Below, piece by piece: positions 51,501 through 64,000 of a DNA stretch of 64,000 nt. Position 1 is the first letter of the stretch; the number at the start of each line of letters is the position of its first letter. Below the pieces are notes generated by a model. The model worked only from the letters and a program-made list of their open reading frames with translations. It did no database searches and was not told the DNA's origin. The position numbers were made by a program, and so were the translations under genes. The stretch comes from Raillietiella orientalis (Eukaryota), in NCBI GenBank assembly GCA_036172245.1, contig JAYWIR010000004.1, positions 62,001-126,000 of the forward strand, given 5' to 3'.

Positions 51501-53600
51501 CTCCGAAAACACGGTTCGCATCCGAATGCGTGCACTTTCGATTTTCCAAGATGTTCACATTTTGTCTTAGACTTGACGACCTCATGTTCAGGAACCATTG
51601 CCGTTGCTGCCCTTGAATCTCATTTTTTTATACAGCACTAAATAGGAAGGATACGTAATGTTCCGAAAAACTTTCCCAGTGTTATTGGTATTCTTAGAAG
51701 AGCTCCCATGAGTCTGCTGGCAAAAGAGGGGCTGATTTCGGTCTCCTCAAGTCAATCCATGCTCCGGAATCCTCTTTCTTTATCCCCCTCACTGCAACTG
51801 AAGAGCACTTCCTTCGAAAACACATGGAACAGTCTGAGAGCACCCTTTGCTCTCAGTAAGAACACTTTCTGCTTTTCACGGTGTTTTCTGTTGATTAATA
51901 GGTATATCAGCAACAGCTCTGAGGAAGTGCCAGCAGCTTGTATCAGTTCAAGTATAAAAAATGATTATTTTTACAAGAACTGCTCTGATCCTTCACTGAG
52001 AACCACATATAAGAATCGATCTTCAGGTGTGCAGCTTTACGAATTTTTCCTGCTAACTCCTTTGATGATCACTTTGGTCAGCGTCCTTTTTCTGGTCAGG
52101 TTCGTTTTCTTGACTTGCTCTCTTTCATCCTGTCTTCTGTACTTTGGGGAAGCGTCTGCGGACCTCTTGAACTGTCTCTTCGATCTTAAGCGTCATCACA
52201 TGGAAAGACTCCGTTCGACCTTTCCTACCGCTACCATGTACGACATCTGCAACCAGCTTATGAGTGAATCGCTTGCACAAGCACAGTTTCTTTTACGCAG
52301 AATCTCCAACGGACTAGCCAAATTCCAGAAATTATGTCATCTTTCTCATTATCAGCGAAAACTGTTGTTGGTAGCAGCACACTTGGATTCATACATGGGC
52401 TCCAAAAGAACACCAGGTACGTAAGACTGATTTTTGGAGCAACTGGCTTGAACAAACAGATCTGCAGCTCGGGAAAAAGGTAAAGATGCACGCACTGCTG
52501 CTCGCCGGAAATCATTGTGGTGTTGTGAGTGCAAAAACTGGAACAATCGTACTGACCGCACTCCTATTCCACGGTGACCTGACTCCATCCTCCAAACGGA
52601 GTCTGCTCTCCTCGAAAATTCCACAAGTGCGGTAAGCAATTGAGGATCTCGCGTCCATTACAAAAAGAGTCTGCTTGCGTCACGGCAGCCGTCCAGTGCT
52701 TTTGGGATTGTGCGCTGATCCTTCGTTCATCCGTTTGAAATTTGACACAAACTCTGTGTGCCAGCAGGGACTGCAAGCAACCAAAAAACAACTTGAGGAT
52801 GGAAGTCGATGTGTTGGAGAGATGCTTGCTTCGTATATGCATTGTGAGTGGTTCGTCCCCTTTCCCAGGCAACCCACTTATTTGCTTTTCAAGTACTCCG
52901 AGAGGGAGCGCTTCCCATTATTCTTGTCCTGCCTTCGGAGACCTGACTGCTGCTCGCGTTGCGTAGGTGTGCGACATGACGGTGACTCTTGAAAGCGGAA
53001 AAACTCGAGGTCTTCCCTTGACCCAGTCCTCACTGATGTCGAATCTTCCGGATAGAACTCCAGCTCGAGACTGTCCTAAATCGCATGTGATATCTTCTAA
53101 AGCAAGTGCTTCGTGACGCGATCATTTCCTCCTCCTCGCATAGAACTTTCAATGACCATATTAGTGTCAAGGTTTGTGTTCACGTGCTCTTAGATCGGTT
53201 TGCATATTGAGGCTGAGTGTGAAAACCATCGGAAAGACAGTGCTGCCAGATGCATGCGTACTTACCGCCGGGAACCAAGTGGCTGTGCCACCTAGTTTCT
53301 CCATGTGTTCCACTAAAACATGCCTAAGCAACCAGCGTTTCTGCAAAGCTGCAACTTTTGTACCCCCCGTTTTTCCGTTCTTTCGAGCTTTCACGCTGAA
53401 ATGCCTCTTATAACTCACATGAAGTCCGGGCGTACTGGAAAGACAGGAATGGCTACTTCCAGCAAAGGAACGATTCGAAGGAGTTGTTCTTCTTTACCAG
53501 GAAGAAAGAACCACGACTTGATGATTCTGAAATTCTTTCTGTCATCTTCGAAGCACAGTAGGCAGCATTTCACGTATTTATTTTCCATGATGGAGTAGTG
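48600..53600 (-). mobile_element. Near full-length, heavily decayed BEL/Pao LTR retrotransposon
   Basis: Minus-strand order: gag-like (LPHLWNFRG, ~52630), zinc knuckle GMCSDCLRKH (~51450), RT (SPHAFL...PKV, RQATRI, HVPF; ~50470-50770), integrase (TNLFMSA...IKFSF, ~49150-49210) and C-terminal tail (RIKSPRRKLD...VRT...VQKCP, ~48630-48730). Confidence 0.6.
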
Positions 53601-56600
53601 GGTGATTAGAGTAATGGGTTGTTAGCATTCTTCGTGGCCAAGTAGTGGATTCTTAGCCAAACTACGTGTTGTAGCCTGGCTAAGAAGTGGTCCTCCATTC
53701 CTCCGAATGGAAAACTGACTCAGATCTGTAGATTCTGACGAATCTTACAACAGAATCCAACGTAACAATGTGCATAATTCTGGAGAGATTTTTTGGAAAA
53801 CTTCATAAGTTTCCATGTGATAGCGGGTCAAGTCTGCTTTTAGAATAGGTCATTCGCGAGTGCACCAACGAGTTTATGAAGAAAGGCAGTGCACTTCTCG
53901 ATGAAGTAGCAAACCAAGATTCCAGAGACCACAACCAACATTCTCGTTTCCTGCCTCATCCTTGGCTTGACGCATCGCACCGCATCACAAATCCCATCTA
54001 TTCACACGCCAATGCAAACACCAGAAACCATCAGGAAAAATGGAAGCCTTAGGGAAAACCTACTTTTTCGTTGCCATATTGCTCATGCCCTTTTTGCCAA
54101 ATGAGTTTACTTACATGAGTTTCCCCCACATTTTTCTCATTGGCGCACCCATGCGTATGACTAGCTGGCTGTCCCTCTTTGATTGCCGAGACAACCTCTC
54201 CGCGGTATCATCACGTATCTCATGAACCTGTCCGTCTAACATCCAAAGGAATCTCCACAACCCTGTTGTTACCCTTCCTTTCAACTCCTGAAGCTATAAA
54301 GCTTCAACTCGAGCCATCATCATCCCCTACCGTTACGACTCATCCAACGTCATCATCGCTCGCATTCCCGCTACTTTGCTCTCCAACACTCTTTCCAACC
54401 CTCACGATGCTACAACATGCTATCGCGGTCTGCATCCAAAACGACATATTAGCTGCCTCCACCCCAATAAACAACCAAGAGAATCAACCTTCCAACTATG
54501 CTTTTTTCAAACACCACAAGGCCACACGAACCGTCCTTTCATGCCCCTCACCACCCTCTGCAACCCTCGCTCTTTCTAGCCTTCCTTGTCGGCACATGGC
54601 TTTTCTTTGATAGGTGGATATCTAAACAACCGAATCCTGGTTTTACTGGATCTGGGGAGCGGTCGCGGGATCTCCTCAATGAAGTCCCGTGCTTCATTCA
54701 CTTCATGCAGAGCTCCTCGAAGATCTGGGTCGTCATCAACTTCCCACAGCGTGACGGAAGCACCAGAAAGGAAAAAATTCGTTTTCTGGAAAGATCGAGT
54801 CCCAGTCCGATGGGGATCAGGGAATCCGGGACGAAGGCTGCAAGTCATCGTGGCAGTTCTGCGCATGCCGCTCAAGGTCTTTTCGCGGACACGCCAGAGC
54901 ATGGGAAACCTTAAAGGAAATCATCCTCCTGAAACCACAAGTGGAAGAATGGTATTCTGAAGGATGGTTTCCTCAACCCGTCCCTCAGGAAACTGACTGA
55001 GTTACCTATAAATCCTGCCTTCATTTTACATAGTTGTAACAAAGTTCCAAGTTTCCCTCTTGTTTTCTGTTCAGAGTGTGACCATCCAAACTGCCATCCC
55101 TGCCTTCATTGCTCCACCCTTCATGTGCCTTTACAAGATATACATGTGTTATACATGTTAAGTAAGCACATATACACCACACGCACACATCATATCATAT
55201 AAATACATGTTACGAAAATATATGCCTGTTTTATGTAGCTATGTGCGCATAGTACATAGCGCAGCTTATACTATATGCATATAGCGCAGCTTTATCCATG
55301 GGATGTACACATTTCGTACTATCGTAAATATCACAAGTTGGGTGTCTTCTGGAATTGACTCGTCAACCTTCATTTAGAAATTTCTTTGCGAAAATGCGAC
55401 GCGAGATTGTGGATGAGGGGACCGCCAATGTATCATTAGCAAATATCCTCCGAAGATTCGAGCTTGCTTCACCCTCCTTGTGAATCCACCCGCACCTCTC
55501 ATGTCTGAGGCGAACTTTGAAAGGTCCATGGAAATGCTCTTTGCACTTGAGATTCCGGCCGCAGGGCCCGCTGCTGAAAGTGACTGCCTCATCAGCTTAA
55601 TCAAAAGCATGGAATTCAAGGTTGCTCCCGTTTGAAGATGCGCATGAGTGAATGGCAGGTGAGTTTGGATAAGATTTTCGATTGGCCTGGAAATACTTTT
55701 CACCAGGATCTCCTTCCCGTTCTTCTTCATCTGCAGAAAATCATGGTGCCGTTGTCTTTCCATCCCACCAGTGCAGTCGGTAGCTCTGATATAAGATTAG
55801 ATAAGTCGTCACATAGTGGATGTACCGGAAGGTGTATCTAGGCAAGGGGGTAATTTACTGATTTAAGTAAAGATGAATTTGTGTTGATAATTATTTGACT
55901 TTTTGTTGGGTTTAAGTATGAGGTTATTAGTAGAAAATCTACTAGATGTCCGGTGTTCATGAGATCTTAACAGCTCTTGGACTAGTTTGCCACGAGGATT
56001 GAAAGATGGGAGCGCATCCTCCTGGATATATGCAGTGCTAGGTTCATTTTGTACAAGGGATCAAGTGATGCAGATAATAGCTGTTATTGTAATTGTGCTG
56101 ATTTTTCAACACGGTAATATGCACATGGAAATCTGTGTGCATGTTACTGTGTTGAAAAATTAGGTATGCACTTTCCACTTATGCGGATATGCACGACATA
56201 CGTGGGTTCATGCACGCTTGTGTACATAGGAGTAGCAGCAACGTTCGTGCACATAGAGATAGCTCTCTCGTGATACAAAGGTGTTCACATAAATGCACAG
56301 TTCATTTATTCGTTCGTGTGCACTCTTGTAAACGGATGAATTGCATGGAAATAAAACATGCCCATCATCATCTCAACGTACCATTCTCACTGTCTGAGAT
56401 CAGTGTCATAGGTTCACTCCAGACTTCGAATGACTTGTTATCTTTAAATTCGAATTGCTTTCGCAAAACCCTGCGAGAACTGATACTTAGTAAGTTTAAA
56501 CCTTATCTCGAATGGGAATGTCGTCGTGCTTTATGAAGAAGCAACAGTTTGCTATGAACGTAACCATAGTTTTCACGGTATTCTAAAGCTCTCACGGTTC

Positions 56601-59600
56601 CTTCATTCAAGCAGGTTCATCCAAGCATTTTTGAAAATAACTCCTGAGAGGCATTACTTATGATCAATGACGCCAAGATATCAGCAACCTAAGACGTTGT
56701 GTTATGCTGATTTCGCTCGAAGATTTGTCATTCGCAGTCACGCTGTCATACAAAGGGAAGAGTCTGGCGAAGACTTGGGAGTTATGTCGTGAGGATTACT
56801 TGGTTTTCTCAGTAGCATGCCTCTGAGGTACAAGAAAAAGGTCAGATATTTCTGTCAAGCCTAGGATCCACACCAGACTGTGCATGGTGAGGACAAATTT
56901 TTCCTCAATGCCTGAAGGAATGAGTTGTAGACAGATCCGTTCATCGGAAAGTTCTAGCAAAGAGAGCCCTCAAATTTCCGACCTCAAACCATGAAAGTAG
57001 CTGATCTTAGTCATGAAAACGGGTGAATTGCCGTGTTCATCCTTTATTGGATTTCCCTCTCAAGTTATCAGAGCGAAACGTCTCCAGTTCGGAAAGCATT
57101 TCCCGTAGGAAGAGGATTCAATACGAAAGGAACGTGTTTGTACATCGATTCTCAGCCTTTGGGCTAAATCAAAGTAAGGAAAGAGCGTATTTGCACCCAC
57201 GAACTGTGGAGGAACTCCCAAATTTTCGAGTTCTCAAGTAGCATTTGAAGGCAATAGTGCTTCTGTAGAATGACTCATCCTCTATTTTTCCAGAAATGTT
57301 TAGGCGGAAAACACTAAAACAGTATAAAATAAGGATCAGCACCCGACGTAGACAGCGGTGTGCACGAAAATGAAAAAAAAAACAATTGCCTGTATTTGAC
57401 TTCTGCTCATTTATGTATCTGTTCTGAATCACGCGGGCAATCCAGTGGACAGATACAAAGAAACTTTTCAATTTGTTTAATGCTACAACCTATTTCAAAG
57501 GTCTTTCCCCTCTCTGGAGGCAAATGCATAGGTAACTACACGTAAAGGAAACCAATATGCGTCTCGAAATTACACACGCGTGTGGAGGAATGCGAATAGA
57601 AAAACATGATCCTTTAAGAGAATCAATTTGCATCCTAGGAATAACCTCAAATAGTCGACTTTCAAGCAGAGAACAAAGCGGAAACAGAACGCCATTATGA
57701 CTCCTAATCGCACTCGTGTTAAGTAAAATTTTTTAAAACCACTCACAAATGCACTAAACTAAACACAATACCACTCTCTCCAAGAACCGACAGATTCGGA
57801 TGTACCTGCGTTTGAAATCGTTTTGGTAATCTTCGAGGTTCCAAAATTGCTTGTCTCTTCTGCTGTACAATGGAAGAGAATGGAAGGGAATCCAGGCATG
57901 GCAAAGTATGCATAAGTTCGGTGACTGCGGGCACAGACAGCAAACTTTGAGGAAACACGCAGCAGCGAATACCCCCACTCCTAAACAACGCCCTATGAAC
58001 ATATGGTGACCCTTGCCTATTCACATGGGATTGCCTGAATGAAAATTTACATCTACGTCACTCCTTCAATTTGATCACAAACGTGTTGAAAAACAGGACG
58101 CTGCCGATTCCAGTGCCATCAACGGATTCTGAGCTACTGTTTTTTTTGTTGTTGTTTTTAAAGATCCCGTTGTTAGCGCTTGTTTAGCACTTCCAAACTG
58201 AGAAAAACTTGTTGTGAGATGTTTTTGGTAATGAGATCTTTGTGCAGGTTAGACGGAAACCATCCTTGTGTTTTCAATCTTTTTAATCCTGACATTTGCT
58301 TTTCAGCTTTCCTGGACCTTTCTACGATCTTTCCCAAAGCATCTTCGCCTGAAAGTAAATTGCTGGTAAAGAGATTTCTTACCACCGCTTTTGTAAAAAA
58401 TCTCCACTCGACATGCATCCAAATGATGAGGTTCTAAACCAGAACGAACGCTGCATTCCCTCCTCATTTGCAAATATGGCCTGTACTAGGACAGATTCAG
58501 GAGTGGATGCCATCAGAAGCAAAAAAGGGAAAAAAAATCATCAGAAGAGTGTCAAGAGTTTCTTGCCTGAAATCTTAGCAACACTTTTGTTATTCTTGGG
58601 GGAGGTTTCAGAAACCCGAAAGTTTTCGGGATTGTGAAATCATTTTCCTATCAGTTTCTATTTTCCAGTTTATATTGCTCAAAACTTAAAAACGTTAGAA
58701 TGCGGAACATTTCATCCCTATATGCATTTTCCATGGATGAAGAACATCAGGATGAAATCATAAATCAAAATAGTTTTGTTCAAATGTTTATTACTTAAAT
58801 GCTTATCATTTAGTTAATGAGACTCGCAAAATATAAAATATTATGAATTTAATTATTTGAGGGCCGAAAATGAGGATGAAAATTCATTTTTGTTTTAAGA
58901 AAAAATATAGTGACAAATTCAAAATAATGTAAGGGATTTTTGTAAGTTTGTGGATATTGTGATCAGTAATGCAGTTTCTTTTTGCTTCGTCCAATTAAAT
59001 TTCGGTTTTCAATTTGAGATAAAGAATAACGTCGTAGGGATTCTGCAGTCTAAGATAAAAAAAAAACGGGAGGGGGAGGACTGTTAAGTGCCCTAATCGC
59101 ATTGAAGCAAAAGTAATCGAATCAAAATTTAGAGCTGAGATTTAGATAGAATGACGAAAATTCTTTTCCCAGAACAATCACTACAGTCTTTCAATTCATA
59201 TACCATATTTTTTTTTTTTTAAAAAAAAAAAACGATGGTATTAAAACACTGGCAGTATGATGTATGGATTTCTGCACCCACTTACCACTTGTTATTGTAT
59301 TCCCACTATTACGAAAAAAAAGAAAATGCTACTTCTAGAACCAAATCATAATCTACATTTTCCATCAACATCATTAACGAAAAGAACTGAACGGTTAAGA
59401 GCATTAAGATGATCAAAAGCATCAGCTAAAAATTTTTCATAATTCAGAGAGTTGCAAGGAGTTTAACACGAAGGACGAACAATTAAGAATGGTATTTTCT
59501 AAAATTTTCTGTGAATAGGAATGATTTAGCGGAGTCCAAATCCATCATCAGGTCCTATTGACTTCAGTGATTCCAATACGAACCAGTCAAAAGAAAAAAT

Positions 59601-60661
59601 ACTTGATAAGGGGCAAATAAAATCCAGACGATAAGAAGCAAAAAAAAAATCTTGTAAAATCGAAACCATTCTGCAATATTCGAAGGAAGATTTATTTCGC
59701 GTGGAAAAGCAGGTGCGGATCTTCTCTAATCCTCGATAACATTGGAACCATTTCTGACTTCAGGCAACGCACCTTGGTAGACGAGAGAAAAATCCAGACT
59801 CTGTACGAGAAATACCACCGATCTAAAAAATGAAAATACGTTAACGTGGTCGCTACAGAAAAGCAATCCTTACAAACAGAATTCATTTATGCTCAAGTTG
59901 AACGCTCAGTTTCCTTAAGCGCACAAATTGGTAGGATTTCAGAAGAAAAGCATTTTTTTTTCGAACGATTACGGCAGCCGCCATTAGCCGAAGCAAAACT
60001 CCAAACTGCGTAAAACACGAAAATTTTAAATGTCATTTCCTTAGGAGATGAACTTTACTCCTCTTTAAAGCTTTCACTGGCAGTTTCTAAAATGCTTCCT
60101 CAGTTGTAGTAAAAGATAGAAACCAATACATCGTTCATGAATATAATGGTTTTCTAATGACCAGGCAATAATTACGTGCTGGCAAGCTGTTGCACGAAAA
60201 CTTTTTTTCAACTTTTCTCAACGGCCACGTAAACACCAAGGGAGGGGGGGGAAGGGAGAGAGAGGGGGGGGGGACACGTGCCGGGGTGCTTTGACTGCGC
60301 CGTGAAGACGGTGATCCTTCGAGGCTCAAAGCAAAAGACTTGGGTTGTGTTGAGCGTGCATGAAATTGGACTTGGCGATGCTGCGTGTTCTCTCGAAGAG
60401 ATCCAGAAATGGATGCTCTTCCCCTTTTGCTTGACTACCTCACGAAGTTAAAAGGCCTTTCGATGCTTCCAACAACTGCCACATGGTCTTGTTTCGTTGT
60501 GCGATGGCTTCCGGTGATTGCTATCGAACCAACGCAGTTCCGTGTTATGTTGCGAATTCAAGGTAACATCTAAAAACTGGAGTCAGGATCGTGTTGCTGG
60601 ATCTAAAGCTGGCAGTTGTACCTAACTGTAGATGCATACGCTTGCAAGGTTTTCTTTTTTT

Positions 60662-60699
60662 TCTCTCTCTCTCTCTCTCTCTCCCGCCCCCCCCCCCCC
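60662..60699. repeat. (TC)n microsatellite and C run
   Basis: Directly visible. Confidence 0.9.
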
Positions 60700-61693
60700 G
60701 ATGTCCTGAGAGAGAAACGTAAGTGTTTTAGTTTATCGCTTATCTAATCTCTGAAGATTGCACTTGGTCCGTGACATTGAAATAGCTATGCGTTTCCTCC
60801 TCCCATGTAATTGTGACTGCAGTTTATGTATGTTGAAAATAAATGAAAGTTTGGGATAGGAGATGAACCAGTAGCCGATGCTATTTATCCGCCGGTGATA
60901 CAATTTGGTGTGCCCATCATTAATGCCCGAGAATGGATAACCTTTAAAAGGTACTGACTTTACTGACTGACTTTCAACAGTTTCCCTAGAATCCGTTTCG
61001 TTCAAAGCAAGTCTGAACAGTGTAATTAAGCCTAAGAAACGTTGGCGTGTAAAGTTGTCCACCGGCGATGTGTCCGATCTTGTGGACGAGATACCGTAGT
61101 CAGCGTCATCAGCCTCAGCGGTTGATTACTTTCTCCAGACGAGACTTTTTTTTCTTTTTTCTTTTTTGCCAAAACTCCCAAGCATGAGTGTCCTGATGTC
61201 AGCCGCCTTTAATGATCAGGAGCTTGTCACTAGTTGGCATAAAATAAAAGTATGCTCCAAAATAAACTTGCATTCTTCAGAGTTCAAAAATGGGACTGCA
61301 TTCAAGAGAGGGGGGGAGGAGTGGGAGAGAGGAAAAAGTTATGACGAGATGCCTCTGCCAAATTGTTGTTTCAATTACCTCTGTATACGACAGCTTTTGT
61401 AAACCGTATTATTTTAAAAAAAAAAAAAATTTGTACTGCGAAAACACGTAAAACTGGTTTTATGCTAAATTGGTTTTATGTGATTCCCTGAACAGATATT
61501 CCAGTAATAAACGTATAAAATTACGGTCTGATAATGAGAAAGTAACGTACATTAGAGATGCTCGCCATCGAGCAAACAGAATGTTATACGTAATTGGCAA
61601 CCGATTATCAAATATCGGCGTTATTTTGACTTGATGATGGCAAATTGCTGTTCTCATATTCTCATTCATCTTTATTATACATAACTGTTTTAG

Positions 61694-63366
61694 GTGGATC
61701 AGAGTACTATTCAACTCAAAAATGCTGTTACAATGACTGCGGTTGATAAATATTCGAGGACCACAGATCATTCCAACCATCAATCAGTAAAAGGAAAAAT
61801 TTGCAAAGTATGTGGAGACAAGGCATTAGGTTATAATTTCAATGTTATCACATGTGAATCATGCAAGGCTTTCTTTCGTCGGAATGCAATGAAGTCCAAG
61901 GTAACCAAAATTTGCTGTAACTTTTGCAAACACTCCTTGTTCTTCAGGAATATCATTGCCCCTTCATGAACTGTTGCAAGATTGATATGGTAACACGAAG
62001 GTTTTGCCAAAGTTGCAGACTTCAACGCTGTTTTGAAGTAGGCATGCGTAAAGAGTGGATCTTGACAGATGAAGAAAAATATTTAAAACGTTGTAAAGTT
62101 GAAGAGAACAGGACTCGTAAGGACAAAGAGTCTAGATCACAGATTCCACCTTTTCAGCAAGGTGCACATTTGGTTGTGTTTCAAAGTCAATAATATATGT
62201 AACAAAGGAAGGTGCTGCATGTGAGAGACCTCAAGCCCGAGTAATGGGGATACAGCAAATGGACTTCCAGCTGGCTACAAAACAAGTGCCCAGTGCACAA
62301 AAACATCATCAGTCATGTATCCATTTTCAAGCTGATCAAGAAAGTCCAGTTTCATCAAGCAGCAATAGCCTAAACCAAAAATCTACAGAAACAAATTCCA
62401 AACTTAGAAAACACCTAAGTTTGTCATCCACATTTGATTTACACCACACATCAAACCTGTTAGATAATATTTCAGCATAACATGGTGGTTTTGCAGTATG
62501 TCTTCCATTTTAGATATGGCATTAGCAGCAGAGTTTGGACGGACAAATACAGAATGCATTTTGAGTGAACTAACTGCAGCTGAGCAAGCACGTCTTCAAG
62601 AATTGCTGATAGCTAATGAAGCTATGCAATCTCCGCTCATTGATGATGGAGTCACAACAGTATGTATGCATAAGGCTAGCAGAACAACGACTTTGTGGAA
62701 GGACACAGTGGACCCATCACTGATCAATGTAATCAACTTGACTGATGTTGCTATCAGGAGATTGATAAAAATGGGAAAGAGAATTTCGGCATTCAAATCA
62801 CTATGCCAAGCAGATCAAGTTGCTCTTCTCAAAGGAGGCTGCACAGAGCTACTAATCCTGCGATCAGTTATGTCATTTGATCCAGACCGTCATTCTTGGA
62901 AAATACCACACAGCAGCACTACAGTGAACCACATTAAAGTAGATGTTTTAAAAGCAGCACCAGGAAACGTGTATGAACAACATCAGCGCTTTATTCAGTC
63001 CTTTGAACCATGCTGGAGAACTGATGACAACATCATGCTTTTGCTAGGGGCCATCACTCTGTTCTCACCAAACAGACCAAATATTATACATTATGATGTA
63101 GTGAAGTTTGAACAGGTTGTTTAGATTGCTTGAAATTATGTTCTTATTATGTTTTTTTACAGGATACGTATTTCTATCTTTTGAGATGCTATTTGAAGTC
63201 CATTTTGACTGGTTGTGAAGCTCGATCTTGTTATTTACAGCTTCTGCAAAGGCTGACCCAACTGCATATTCTTCATGAGAACCATGTGAGAGTCTTTTTA
63301 GACCTCAATCCTAAGGAAGTTGAGCCACTTCTTATTGAAATATTTGACCTGAAACCAAAGCCTTGA
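61694..63366 (+). CDS. Nuclear hormone receptor, NR1J group (HR96/DAF-12/NHR-8/NHR-48-like); exons ~61694(or ATG 61733)-61900, 61948-62161, ~62212-~62420, ~62497-63115 (possible 42-nt intron 62660-62701), 63163-63366
   Basis: DNA-binding domain [35 protein letters not shown]...[27 protein letters not shown], with the NR1J P-box ESCKA. Ligand-binding domain [39 protein letters not shown]...[10 protein letters not shown]...EQ|DTYFYLL...[11 protein letters not shown]. Hinge exon boundaries are uncertain. Confidence 0.93.
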
Positions 63367-64000
63367 TGGTCATTCAGTTCATTTGGTTATTGTGCTCATA
63401 AAAGCCAACCTACAGTTTTTTGTATTTCCCATCTAGGGTTCTCCTGCATTGCAGTCCATTAAAGAATGTAGCATATCATATTGAAATCAAGATATATTGT
63501 GTTCAAGACAGTTGCAAATAGTGTACTTTCTTTTTGAGTTTAAAACAACACGAAAATGTAGGAGAGCACTATACATCAAGTTCAAGGCCAGAACTCATGC
63601 ACAAGAGTTGAATGCCGAAGATTTCATTAATAAAATATAACTGTGACAAAACGTTTCTTAACAGGAACCATTAACAGATTTCTTTATGTTTTAATGTTCT
63701 CTCAATGAACGATTTTTTAATTTTTAAGGAAGCTGAGATTACGGTGCATATGATTATCGGACATCTAAGCATGCTATTGACAAAAATTGTCCAACACGCA
63801 TAGCACTTTGCACAGCAACGTTCTTAAACCTGATCCAGAACGAAAGACGAAGCTTTTGATAGTGGATCAGAGAAAATTACAATCAGAGCCCTAAAGGAAA
63901 GCATTATATCATGCAAACTTGTTTGAAAAATATGTGCATGTTGATAGATAAGACAACGTGCATGTTGACTGTGTCTATTATAGTAACAAATAAAAAGTAA

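Noticed and set aside
51708..52424. 238-aa plus-strand ORF
   Set aside because: Antisense to the decayed BEL/Pao gag region, with no domain.
54586..54700. ILVLLDLGSG as a retroviral aspartic protease remnant
   Set aside because: A single short motif with no supporting RT or integrase sequence nearby.
56650..58640. Short ORFs suggesting another gene or EVE
   Set aside because: No recognisable motifs and no consistent splice pattern.
60239..60273. G-rich tract as a regulatory G-quadruplex upstream of the receptor gene
   Set aside because: Homopolymer G/C runs are common throughout the window; nothing specific supports a function.
1..64000. CRISPR arrays, operons or other prokaryotic systems
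   Set aside because: The sequence is eukaryotic (spliceosomal introns, nuclear receptor), and no regularly spaced repeat-spacer array was seen.

Overview
Eukaryotic, transposon-rich genomic DNA from an invertebrate. Introns as short as 42-63 nt suggest a nematode, but the host is not established. Three spliced host genes lie on the + strand: a trypsin-type serine protease (neurotrypsin/Tequila-like catalytic domain, ~18976-23031, 5' exons not located), a ZIP13/SLC39A13-like zinc transporter (43655-48284) and an NR1J nuclear receptor of the HR96/DAF-12/NHR-8 group (~61694-63366). Between them are decayed BEL/Pao, Gypsy, NeSL/Utopia-type, L1/Tx1-type, mariner, Merlin-like and Ginger elements. 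The most striking region is ~4.6-14.2 kb. It holds three decayed, co-oriented (minus-strand) copies of one protein family that I recognise from memory as a negative-strand RNA virus nucleoprotein, most like Qinviridae. One copy is split by a non-LTR insertion with a target-site duplication and is followed by an intronless P-loop fragment that may be viral. Two copies differ mostly at synonymous sites in a hand-aligned block, which suggests repeated independent capture of related viruses at one locus. All family calls come from manual translation and motif recall; no database search was run.
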